Sequence record: MK605246.1
Source: Nodularia phage vB_NspS-kac68v162
DNA length: 53,485 nucleotides
Strand: one strand, 5' to 3'
The notes under the pieces were generated by a model. The model was not told where the DNA came from and searched no databases. It was given only the letters and a program-made list of their open reading frames with translations. This document shows, piece by piece, positions 1 to 8,482 of this stretch; the stretch's first letter is position 1, and every line of letters starts with the position of its first letter. Both the position numbers and the translations under genes were made by a program.

Positions 1-434
1 TCCACAGTTCGCTACACTGCTTTGTTTTGACCATTAACCAGAACTTCGTTTTATTACGGAGTTACGTTTCCGCATCAGCTTACAACCTTTTTCCTTTGGG
101 CTAGTTTTACCGGGAACACCGCTACCCCTCAGCTACTAAGAACTGCTATATAGTAACTTGACGCTACCCTAGCATATACTGCTTACCCTTCCAAGTTACA
201 CAGTCTTAGCACTTACTCATTCCCTCAAGGCTCCTATACTACCCATTCCTTGCAGAACTTCATACGTATCAGAGAGGTACTTGCCTGAGCATCTTTCTGG
301 TTGCTCCGAGGTTATGCTCGGATTAGAATCTTGTTGACCTCTTTTATGAGGCTTTGCCTTACTCCCTACTCCCTGCCCTTCTAAAATAAATTAGATAGGT
401 TGTGTTGTCGTGGTGGTTAGCATTCGCAAGATTA

Positions 435-476
435 GCATCTGGTCACACTCGGCTTTACGCCGCAGGTATCAGATGC
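435..476. repeat. Nested inverted repeat (GCATCTG...CAGATGC enclosing CGGC...GCCG) in an ORF-free region
   Basis: Arms 435-441/470-476 and 450-453/459-462 read directly; no ORF in 1-772 of the track. Confidence 0.5.
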
Positions 477-542
477 CTAAATAATAGCACAGGATTTTGA
501 TATGAGTCAAATGTTTTTTGTAAATATTGCTTTGTCAGTTTT

Positions 543-650
543 GTTTCGATCCTTATTAGGGATCGTGCCTTTGTTATAACTCCTATTTAGAAAATCAGGT
601 AATACTGTTTCTGTTTCAATCCTTTATAGGGTTATAGCATTTTTATAGTT
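543..650. repeat. Two degenerate CRISPR-like repeat units 70 bp apart
   Basis: GTTTCGATCCTTATTAGGGATC at 543 and GTTTCAATCCTTTATAGGGTT at 613; both keep GTTTC and a short hairpin. Confidence 0.3.
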
Positions 651-772
651 TATTAAGTTTATAGTGGTCTAAAGCCCTACCATTTAAGATATACCATTTA
701 TTTTACAATTAATGTTGCTATTTTGTAAAATATCTAGTATACTTGAAGCAACAACATTAGCATCAGGTCGAA

Positions 773-1960
773 ATGCTTAATCTTACTTACACCTACAAAT
801 TACAACCAACAGCGAAACAGATAGAAACCATAGAGCATAATCTCAACGTGTGTAAGTCTGTTTGGAACTATGCTCTATACGTCAGAAAGCTCTGGTACAA
901 TAGCCGTAGTTGTAAGATTAACCAATGCTCTCTATTTCAGGAATATGTTGTTGAACCTTTTGAGTATCCTAACTACCATACTAAGTCTTCTGAATTAACA
1001 CTTGCTAAAAAGACTAATCCTTTTCTTAAATCTGGTAATGCCCAAGCCATGCAGCAGACATTACGTAAGTTGGATAGAGCATTCAATGATATGAAGTCTA
1101 GAGGAATGGGGTTTCCTAGATACAAGAAAAAGATGAAGTCTTTTAATTTGTTAGGAGGTATATCAGTTCAAGGAAATATACTCAAGATGCCTCTACTTAA
1201 AGAGGTTAAGTTTAGAAAGTCAAGAGAAATTCCAGAAGGGTTCAAGGCTAAGCAAGTACAAATCATTAAAAAGGCAAGCGGTTACTACGCTAATTTAATG
1301 ATAGAGCTTGATGTTAATGTTGCTAGTCCTACACCTCATGGTCATGCCTTGGGGATTGATGTAGGTATTCAAAACATGATAGCAACTTCCGACGGGTTGA
1401 CGCTAAAAAGACCTAAGTTCCTAGATAAAGCACTGCGTAAGATTAAATTACTACAAAGGAAGCTTAAAAAGAAAACTATTGGGTCTAATAACTGGAGAAG
1501 TCTGCAACATCGGATTGCTTTGTTACATGAGGCTGTAGCAAATAGGCGTAAAGATTACCATTTTAAATTAGCTCACCAGTTGTGCGGAAATTCGGGAATG
1601 ATATTTGTTGAAGATATTAACTTTGTAGCTTGGAGCAAAGGTTCATTTTCAAAACAGTCTCTAGATATGTGTCTAGGTCAATTCTTCAACATCCTTGAGT
1701 ATGTCTGCTCTCAGACTGACACCTACTTCAGTAAAGTAGATAAAAACTACACTTCTCAGATTTGCCCTAATTGTGGAACTCACACAGGTAAAAAAGACCT
1801 AAGTGTGAGGGTGCATAAATGTTCTGAATGTGGGTATGAGCGAGATAGAGACATAGCTGCTGCTGAAGTAATAAGAAATAGGGGTTTAGATAATATTGCG
1901 GTAGGAACTGCCGTGATTAAACAGTCCAGTAATGGCGTTCTAGCGGGGACTTCGGTCTAG
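773..1960 (+). CDS. tnpB: IS200/IS605-family TnpB RNA-guided nuclease, apparently intact
   Basis: RuvC-I GIDVG, RuvC-II FVEDINF, Zn ribbon CPNCG...CSECG, RuvC-III DRDIAAAEV. Confidence 0.93.
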   Translation: MLNLTYTYKLQPTAKQIETIEHNLNVCKSVWNYALYVRKLWYNSRSCKINQCSLFQEYVVEPFEYPNYHTKSSELTLAKKTNPFLKSGNAQAMQQTLRKLDRAFNDMKSRGMGFPRYKKKMKSFNLLGGISVQGNILKMPLLKEVKFRKSREIPEGFKAKQVQIIKKASGYYANLMIELDVNVASPTPHGHALGIDVGIQNMIATSDGLTLKRPKFLDKALRKIKLLQRKLKKKTIGSNNWRSLQHRIALLHEAVANRRKDYHFKLAHQLCGNSGMIFVEDINFVAWSKGSFSKQSLDMCLGQFFNILEYVCSQTDTYFSKVDKNYTSQICPNCGTHTGKKDLSVRVHKCSECGYERDRDIAAAEVIRNRGLDNIAVGTAVIKQSSNGVLAGTSV

Positions 1961-2008
1961 TTAAGAGTCTAAATGGGAATCCCTTATCTTTAAGGGAAGT
2001 TCAACCTA

Positions 2009-2619
2009 ATGAGCTTCTTGCTTCTCCTTTCAGTTTCAATCACTGATAAGGGTTATAGAGTTTTTTCTGCCAAAACATATAAATTTCCGAAGATAAAATA
2101 TAGTCTAGGTCAAATAATTGGCACAAAGCTCAAAAGAAAGTGGCAAAATTGCATGAACATATTGCTAATACTAGAAAGGACTTTCATTGGAAAATAGCAC
2201 ATCAACTTTGTGATACTGCTCAAACTATCTTTGTAGAAGATTTGAATTTAGTGGGATTGTCCAGGGGAATACTTGGCAAGCATTGTCTAGATGCTGGATG
2301 GGGACAATTCTTTGAAATTCTGGAGCAGTGTTGTTTTAAGCGTGGTGTATTTTTCCAGAAAGTAGATAGCCGAAAGACTTCTCAGATTTGCCCTAATTGT
2401 AGAATAGAAACGGGTAAAAAAGAGTTGTCACAGCGTGTTCATGTTTGTGAACATTGTGGCTATACAACTGATAGAGATGTTGCAGCCGCTCAAGTAGTTC
2501 TGATTAGAGGACTTGCAGCCGTCGGGCAGACGGTAAATATGCTTGCTGAGGGTAAATTCGTTGGAATCCCTGTGACGCAAGAATCCCCCCGGCTAGAAGC
2601 CGGGGGGAGTGTCAAGTGA
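2009..2619 (+). pseudogene. tnpB: Decayed TnpB; C-terminal part 2140-2619 retained, N-terminal domain lost or frameshifted
   Basis: VEDLNLVGLSRG, CPNC...CEHCGYTTDRDVAAAQ, but no RuvC-I GID motif; upstream AKTYKFPK remnant in another frame. Confidence 0.8.
2585..2607 (+). repeat. IS right-end hairpin CCCCCCGGCT-AGA-AGCCGGGGGG followed by AGTGTCAAG
   Basis: Perfect 10-bp inverted repeat at the end of the TnpB relic. Confidence 0.8.
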
Positions 2620-2656
2620 ATCTTGATTTAGATGTAGCGTTGGATGAACACGAATA

Positions 2657-3091
2657 ATGCGACCGCCAATAATGATCGCCTCGCAGCGCAATCTATCCCC
2701 ATTGTTAGGTTACACCGATGTCAGGTGCGATCGTGCATCTGTACTTGGTAATCCTTTTGAACTAACCCATGAGTCACAACGTCCACAAGTTTGCGCTGCT
2801 TACAAGGATTATTTTGGACGTAATCTGGTAGCTTCTATTTTTACACCTGGTGAACCTGTGAAAGTTGGTAGTTATGGTTTGCAGATTGCTAGAACTTTTA
2901 AAAACCCAACGCCACAGCAATTTGTAGCCGAATTAAACAGGCTTTATGATTTAGCTTTATCAGGTGTGAAACTTAGGTTGCTTTGCTGGTGTAAGCCTCT
3001 ACCCTGTCATGTTGATACCATTCAGGAATATTTACTTTTTTCCATTGGCTATAAGGTAGAAATAGCACCATGCCAGATCAAACTTTTTTAG
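2657..3091 (+). CDS. DUF4326-like protein (true start may be downstream)
   Basis: VLGNPF...CWCKPLPCHVDTIQEYL motif. Confidence 0.8.
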   Translation: MRPPIMIASQRNLSPLLGYTDVRCDRASVLGNPFELTHESQRPQVCAAYKDYFGRNLVASIFTPGEPVKVGSYGLQIARTFKNPTPQQFVAELNRLYDLALSGVKLRLLCWCKPLPCHVDTIQEYLLFSIGYKVEIAPCQIKLF

Positions 3092-3103
3092 ATAGATAAA
3101 ATA

Positions 3104-3322
3104 ATGGCATCAATAAATAGACTGAAACCTGGACAAACAGTTTACATCCCAACTAGAGGAGGGTCAGTAATAAAATATGACAGCTACATTGAAATCCACA
3201 TTCAAGAAGTCAATGTTGAATCTGGTTATGTGATCGCTAAATCTGGACACATACCAGGAACCAGAAAATATAACTTATCTCAGATTAAGCAGTGGAGAAT
3301 AAGTAAACCTAAATCGAAGTAA
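3104..3322 (+). CDS. Hypothetical protein
   Basis: ORF followed by a terminator. Confidence 0.55.
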   Translation: MASINRLKPGQTVYIPTRGGSVIKYDSYIEIHIQEVNVESGYVIAKSGHIPGTRKYNLSQIKQWRISKPKSK

Positions 3323-3338
3323 CTTGATAATAAGCAAG

Positions 3339-3377
3339 ATAACCTGATAGCAGCAAACTATCAGGTTATTTTATTTT
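3339..3377 (+). terminator. Rho-independent terminator
   Basis: ATAACCTGATAG-N7-CTATCAGGTTAT then T-rich tract. Confidence 0.8.
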
Positions 3378-3522
3378 TTTACCTTAAAAAACTTCACAAC
3401 ACCAAAAAACTCACCCAACACACCTTTCATCATCTCCTGCCTTTCCCTATGAGAGACGATCGCCTTGGAACCTGCTTTAATCCTGTTGCTGATATTATCC
3501 TTGTTCTGCTCTTCCATAACTA

Positions 3523-3990
3523 ATGCATGGTAAAATATTCTTACTATATCAGTTAAAACAAATGGAACGATCGCCGCAACCGGGACAGATTTGGAAGCAT
3601 TTCAAAGGTAATGATTATGAGGTGCTGCTAATAACTGGTATGCCTCTCATCGGCACAAATAACCCTGATTTAGATATTTTAAGGTCTTTCTGGTCTAAAG
3701 ATATTAAGCACTCAGAAACTCAGGAGACACTAACCTTGATAACTGAGTTATCTAGTGACAACGTGACTACCACACACCTGATGAATTATCAGCATGAGCT
3801 ACCTAAAGTTATTAAAGAACCTCATGTGATTTACCGCAGGTGTGATCGCGCCTATCCAGATATTTGGGCGCGACCTATGGATAATTTTTTGGATATCTTG
3901 ACTGTTGAGCAATTGGCAGCAGTACAGGTTGGTAAACACAATTTGGGGTTTGGTGAAGGTTTGGATTATAGGTTCACCAGAATAAGCTAG
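3523..3990 (+). CDS. DUF1653-like protein
   Basis: PGQIWKHFKGNDYEVLLI...HSETQETL...WARPMDNFLDI. Confidence 0.55.
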   Translation: MHGKIFLLYQLKQMERSPQPGQIWKHFKGNDYEVLLITGMPLIGTNNPDLDILRSFWSKDIKHSETQETLTLITELSSDNVTTTHLMNYQHELPKVIKEPHVIYRRCDRAYPDIWARPMDNFLDILTVEQLAAVQVGKHNLGFGEGLDYRFTRIS

Positions 3991-4024
3991 TACAATTAAA
4001 TAAGTAAAACAAAGGTAAAACAGA

Positions 4025-5503
4025 GTGCCAAAACGCAGCAGCAACATCAAAATTCTATATCACAAAGTCCGTCCAACCTTAGACTGTCCTGATGGTATTT
4101 ATGCAGCTTATACAGCCAAGCGTAAATTCCCCACAGCACAACTAATCGGTTGTATTTATCAACAAGAACCACCAAAGGTTAACGATGGTGATAAGTTAAT
4201 CATCGTAGATTTTAGTTTCCCCATAGAAGTAATCAACGGCTGGCGCGATCGCTCCTGCGAAGTAATTCTTATCGATCACCACAAAACCCTAGTGGATAAA
4301 GTGCGTGAGTATTGCACCAAAGTATTAATGCGCTCAATGGGTGTTTACTTACAATCAACACGTAATCAGCAATCAGCTAGTAGCGAACTAAAACAAGGTG
4401 CGTCAGCTTTATTGATTGATTCTGTTTTTAGTGCCGTCCGGGAAAAGCAAGAAGTAAAAGGTCAACCAGTATTCCAAGACTTCCTTACCTTTTTACGTTT
4501 CACAGGTTTATTCACTCAAATAAAGCAGCAGCCTGTCTGGTGTGATCGTTCCACGAGTATTAATGAGGTTTTAGATTTAGACTTCAGCAGCGATCGTCCT
4601 GAAGATTATACACATGATCAGTGGGAAGTTTTTAAAGAGTTCCACACCTTAATCATTACCCAGATTGAGAAGTTTATGGATGTGAAAGGAGTAGCCAGCC
4701 TATTCAGATACTTCTCAGACGGTGAGTTAAGTTTTGATATTAAAAAGTGTGGTGCTGTGTTGACGTGGGAGTATTTCTTTCCCGATGAACCAGTGCCAGC
4801 GCTGTTACTGTTTGCACAGGATAGGGATTTGTGGGTGTGGAGATTACCCCATTCTAAGCAGATAAATGAGGCTTTAGCTCACGTTGGGCGCACTCAGGCG
4901 ATTTACGATGAACTGTTACCCCTTACTTTAGAACAGTTGACTAATCGCTTTATTGATTTAGGTAATATACTGGTCAACCCTAAGTTAGAAAAAGCCAAGG
5001 AACTAGCAGCAGGGGCAGTGTGGAGAGATATTCTAGGCTATAGAGTGTTAGTGGTTGAATTGCAGTCTCTGGATGCCTACTACTACAATGATGTGATGGA
5101 GTACCTGTACACTCACAATCCTGACTCACCTTTTGTAGCCACTTATATTAAGTTGCCTGATGATGCTGGGTACAAGTTTAGTTTTAGATCACCTCAAATA
5201 TATGATGGCTTCGATGTTAGTTCTATTGCTGCAAAGTTCGGTGGTGGGGGGCATTTTTTTGCTGCTGGTGCTAAATTACGCAAACTACCTTGGGAGACTA
5301 CTGAGACTATCGAGACTGCCGAGACTAACTCAATAGAGTATTTGGTTAAGTCTTTTAATGGTACTGGTGCAGAAGTCACAATGGGCAATTTCCCAAATCA
5401 CTACATGGCGGAAAGATTTATCCAAGAGGTGAAAATTTACCCGACTTACTGCGATCGCCCCGTGTGGTGCGACGTGGTTGTGGATGGTGAACCAGTTGTC
5501 TAG
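4025..5503 (+). CDS. DHH/DHHA1-family phosphoesterase
   Basis: VILIDHHKT and FGGGGHFFAAGAKL motifs; GTG start preceded by AAAGGTAAAACA. Confidence 0.85.
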   Translation: MPKRSSNIKILYHKVRPTLDCPDGIYAAYTAKRKFPTAQLIGCIYQQEPPKVNDGDKLIIVDFSFPIEVINGWRDRSCEVILIDHHKTLVDKVREYCTKVLMRSMGVYLQSTRNQQSASSELKQGASALLIDSVFSAVREKQEVKGQPVFQDFLTFLRFTGLFTQIKQQPVWCDRSTSINEVLDLDFSSDRPEDYTHDQWEVFKEFHTLIITQIEKFMDVKGVASLFRYFSDGELSFDIKKCGAVLTWEYFFPDEPVPALLLFAQDRDLWVWRLPHSKQINEALAHVGRTQAIYDELLPLTLEQLTNRFIDLGNILVNPKLEKAKELAAGAVWRDILGYRVLVVELQSLDAYYYNDVMEYLYTHNPDSPFVATYIKLPDDAGYKFSFRSPQIYDGFDVSSIAAKFGGGGHFFAAGAKLRKLPWETTETIETAETNSIEYLVKSFNGTGAEVTMGNFPNHYMAERFIQEVKIYPTYCDRPVWCDVVVDGEPVV

Positions 5504-5621
5504 TCCCAAACTGTTAGTAATTTTTAATATCATGTCACCACAAAAATTAAATCCTGAACAGGTCAGGGTTGGTTACAAAACTGAACTGGTTTTTCAGTTC
5601 GGCTTAATTTTTCTTGAGTTT

Positions 5622-5891
5622 TATACCAGATTTCCTATTTTGATATAGAAGCAAACCACAGGATCTGCATTACCAGCACCTGCAAAACCATCAGACATAT
5701 ATTCCTCACAAATTTCTTTTGCAATTTGCAGTTCTTCCATATCTAATACTAGTGAGCCATCACAAACACTTAATTTCCCTGCAAGTGTAACTTCTGGTCT
5801 GTATCATCCGAGGCAACATCCCTTATGAACTGGTTTGTTGCTTCTTTTAGAGCTTCTACTTCTGCTGCTGTAATAGGGACATTAAACATTG
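5622..5891 (-). pseudogene. Small frameshifted gene (MFNVPITAAEVEALKEATNQFIRDVASDD / PEVTLAGKLSVCDGSLVLDMEELQIAKEICEEYMSDGF...)
   Basis: Two coding-like frames on the minus strand joined by a single-nt shift; absent from ORF track. Confidence 0.5.
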
Positions 5892-6061
5892 CGTGACCTC
5901 GTTTGGTGCAGATTTTTACTTTACTCTCCACCGTTAAATAATGATCTTACTTTAAAACAGTTGAAACATATAGCTATACAGTTATATACTTGGTATAGTA
6001 AAAACAACTCCACTGTTACAGAATTATCTATTAACCAGTGGAGCAATAACACATTAAAACT

Positions 6062-6540
6062 ATGACCATTATCACACACTTTTTTGATGAGTTTGAGATT
6101 CAACAATGCGACGGCGGCACTCAGATTGGTAAGAAGCTAATCCCACACACTTATGTTAGTGCTACTCAGATGTGCAAGGCTAACAAGAAAAAACTAGCAG
6201 ATTTTGCCCGACTTAAATCAACTAAAGAGTATTGGGAGGCAGTTTCTGCGGATGTGGGGATTCCCGTTTCCGGCTTGGTGATTGAGGTTGAGGGTTCACT
6301 AAACGGTGATGCAAGCATTCAAGGTACTTGGGTTGAATTAGAAATCGCCTTAGATTTAGCTAAGTGGTGCAGCACATCTTTTAGAGTTTGGGCTAATCGT
6401 TCGTTAAGACTTTTAGTTAACGGTGATTACCAAGCCTTAACACCCGATGCTGAGGAAGCTAAACAGAAAGTTCAACTCCTCTGGAATACTATCAGGAAGT
6501 CAACTGTAGTTACACGCAGCACAATCACAGAAATAATACC
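6062..6540 (+). pseudogene. KilA-N domain protein, N-terminal part, interrupted by a TnpB element
   Basis: YVSATQMCKANKKKLADF..WVELEIALDLAKWCSTSFRVWANRSLRLL; C-terminal counterpart at 8078-8242. Confidence 0.75.
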
Positions 6541-6592
6541 GATACGCGGGAAGCCCTGCACTTTAGTGGTGGGAGGTAAGCGAACGGCGGTT

Positions 6593-6736
6593 TTAACAGC
6601 CGTCTTCTTTGCACTCTCTAATCAGTCTTTTAATTGCTGCTGACCTACTACAACCCCAATTAGCAGCAATAGCCTCTAGTTTTTTAAGTTCAACATCATC
6701 AAGATACGCAGGAACAGGATGTTTTTTAGTTGCCAT
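6593..6736 (-). CDS. Small ribbon-helix-helix-like protein, divergent from tnpB
   Basis: 47-aa frame MATKKHPVPAYLDDVELKKLEAIAANWGCSRSAAIKRLIRECKEDGC. Confidence 0.6.
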   Translation of the reverse strand: MATKKHPVPAYLDDVELKKLEAIAANWGCSRSAAIKRLIRECKEDGC

Positions 6737-6760
6737 ATATAATAATAAAGTGTAAATACT

Positions 6761-8044
6761 ATGTTATTATATATTAAGGAGGTAAGAAAAATGTTTGGAT
6801 GTCAACAAAATCTAATTAATCCTGACAAAGAAATAAAAGCGATACTTGAATTTCTTTGCAGTGAGTCCCAAAAACTAACTAATTGCGGGATCTATTATTC
6901 CCGGCAATTGTTTTTCAAGACTGGCAAAATCCCTAGTCGTGCTGATTTGCATAAAGAACTAGGTACAAGGAATTTAAACCCGCACTATCAGGCTTTTTAC
7001 TCTGATACAGCACAACAAATCCTAACTACCGTAGCTGAGTCGTTTAAGTCGTTTTTTGGATCACTCAAAGCCGTTAAAGCTGGTAAAGTAACCCAAAAAC
7101 CTAAACTGCCAAAATACCGTAAAGGTGGTATGGCATTAGTGACTTATACAGGTCGTTCCGTAAAGCTTGAAAACGAATTACTGCGTTTCCCCCTTGGTTC
7201 TAAGGTTAGGGCGTGGTTTGGTATTGACGCTTTTTATCTACCAATGCCATCAAACCTTGATCACAAATCAATCAGAGAATATCGGATATTGCCTAGAAAT
7301 GGCTGCTTCTATCTTGAATTAGTCTATAAAACTGAACTAATTCAGGCAGAGGTTAATCCTAGCAATGCTTTGATGATTGATCATGGCATGAATAACTGGC
7401 TAACCTGTGTTAGCAATGTTGGCACGAGTTTTATTGTTGATGGCAAGCATCTAAAATCTATCAATCAAGGTTATAACAAGCGTGTTGCGTCTTTGACGGA
7501 AGGAAAGGCTAACGGATATTGGACTAAACGTTTAGCCAATATTACTGAAAAGCGTAACCGTACTATGCGAGATGCTATCAACAAAGCAGCCAGAAAAGTT
7601 GTTAGGCATTGCTTGGATAGCAAGATTGGTACAATTATTTTTGGTTGGAATGTTGGGCAAAAAGACGGCGCTAATATGGGAGCGAAGACTAACCAAAAGT
7701 TTGTCCAGATTCCTACAGGTCGCCTTAAAGAAAGAATTAAACAACTGTGTGAGCAGTATGGCCTTCAGTTTGTAGAAACTGAAGAGTCATATACTTCCAA
7801 GGCTTCGTTTATTGATAGAGATTTTCTACCTACGTTCGGCGAAAAACCTGAAGGGTGGAAAGAATCTGGTAAGCGAGTTAAGCGTGGTTTGTACCGTACT
7901 GCTCAAGGCTATTTGATTAATGCAGACTGTAATGGCGCTGCAAATATGGGTAGAAAAAACGTAGCGGTGATGCTTGGACTAAATCTAAGCGGAATCAGTA
8001 GAGGCGATTTGTCAGCGCCTTTAAGACTTAAATTATGGTCTTAA
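6761..8044 (+). CDS. tnpB: TnpB-like nuclease with rearranged RuvC-II Glu and no canonical Zn ribbon
   Basis: MIDHGMNNW, IIFGWNVGQKDG (no Glu), VETEESYTSKASFIDRD, INADCNGAANMGRK. Confidence 0.85.
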   Translation: MLLYIKEVRKMFGCQQNLINPDKEIKAILEFLCSESQKLTNCGIYYSRQLFFKTGKIPSRADLHKELGTRNLNPHYQAFYSDTAQQILTTVAESFKSFFGSLKAVKAGKVTQKPKLPKYRKGGMALVTYTGRSVKLENELLRFPLGSKVRAWFGIDAFYLPMPSNLDHKSIREYRILPRNGCFYLELVYKTELIQAEVNPSNALMIDHGMNNWLTCVSNVGTSFIVDGKHLKSINQGYNKRVASLTEGKANGYWTKRLANITEKRNRTMRDAINKAARKVVRHCLDSKIGTIIFGWNVGQKDGANMGAKTNQKFVQIPTGRLKERIKQLCEQYGLQFVETEESYTSKASFIDRDFLPTFGEKPEGWKESGKRVKRGLYRTAQGYLINADCNGAANMGRKNVAVMLGLNLSGISRGDLSAPLRLKLWS

Positions 8045-8077
8045 GAATCTCAGTCGCTTCAGCGCTGAGAGTGTCAA

Positions 8078-8242
8078 CAATCGAGAGACTATCTAACTGC
8101 TGACTGTCTCAAGCGTATTGATTTTGTAGAAGCTGCTATCTGTTTGCAAATTGATAATGATGTGGAACCCAACAAAGCCGTTATGCGAGCTATCGCTGTA
8201 AACCACATCAAAAGAATGATGCCGAAAAGGAAAGAGGTTTAA
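8078..8242 (+). pseudogene. C-terminal remnant of KilA-N protein
   Basis: QQSRDYLTADCLKRIDFVEAAICLQIDNDVEPNKAVMRAIAVNHIKRMMPKRKEV*. Confidence 0.65.
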
Positions 8243-8244
8243 GT

Positions 8245-8421
8245 ATGAGTAACGACATGGATCGGATACAGATAAATTTTAGAGCGAGAGTCAAACACAA
8301 GAAGAAGCTGGAGCGCTGGGCTAATGCTTCCAATACCACCACATCAGCCATAATTCTGAAGCTGATTGAAAACTTGCCGGAGGATGCGATCGTCCTTGAG
8401 GTTCCAGCTAGGTTGGATTAA
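8245..8421 (+). CDS. Small RHH-like protein
   Basis: 58-aa frame MSNDMDRIQINFRARVKHKKKLERWANASNTTTSAIILKLIENLPEDAIVLEVPARLD. Confidence 0.55.
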   Translation: MSNDMDRIQINFRARVKHKKKLERWANASNTTTSAIILKLIENLPEDAIVLEVPARLD

Positions 8422-8425
8422 ATAA

Positions 8426-8465
8426 AAAATAACCCTGTAGCCGTTACAAACTACAGGGTTATTTT
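8426..8465. terminator. Bidirectional terminator
   Basis: AAAAATAACCCTGTAG...CTACAGGGTTATTTTT between convergent genes. Confidence 0.85.
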
Positions 8466-8482
8466 TGTTTTGGTAGGTATGT

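Larger units (their letters stand above)
6541..8077 (+). mobile_element. TnpB-only IS element with RHH accessory protein (left boundary approximate)
   Basis: Inserted in the KilA-N gene; imperfect left hairpin near 6550-6575; right hairpin 8049-8069 followed by GAGTGTCAA. Confidence 0.6.

Noticed and set aside
543-650. Functional CRISPR array
   Set aside because: Only two diverged units and no cas genes in the window; kept only as a relic-type finding.
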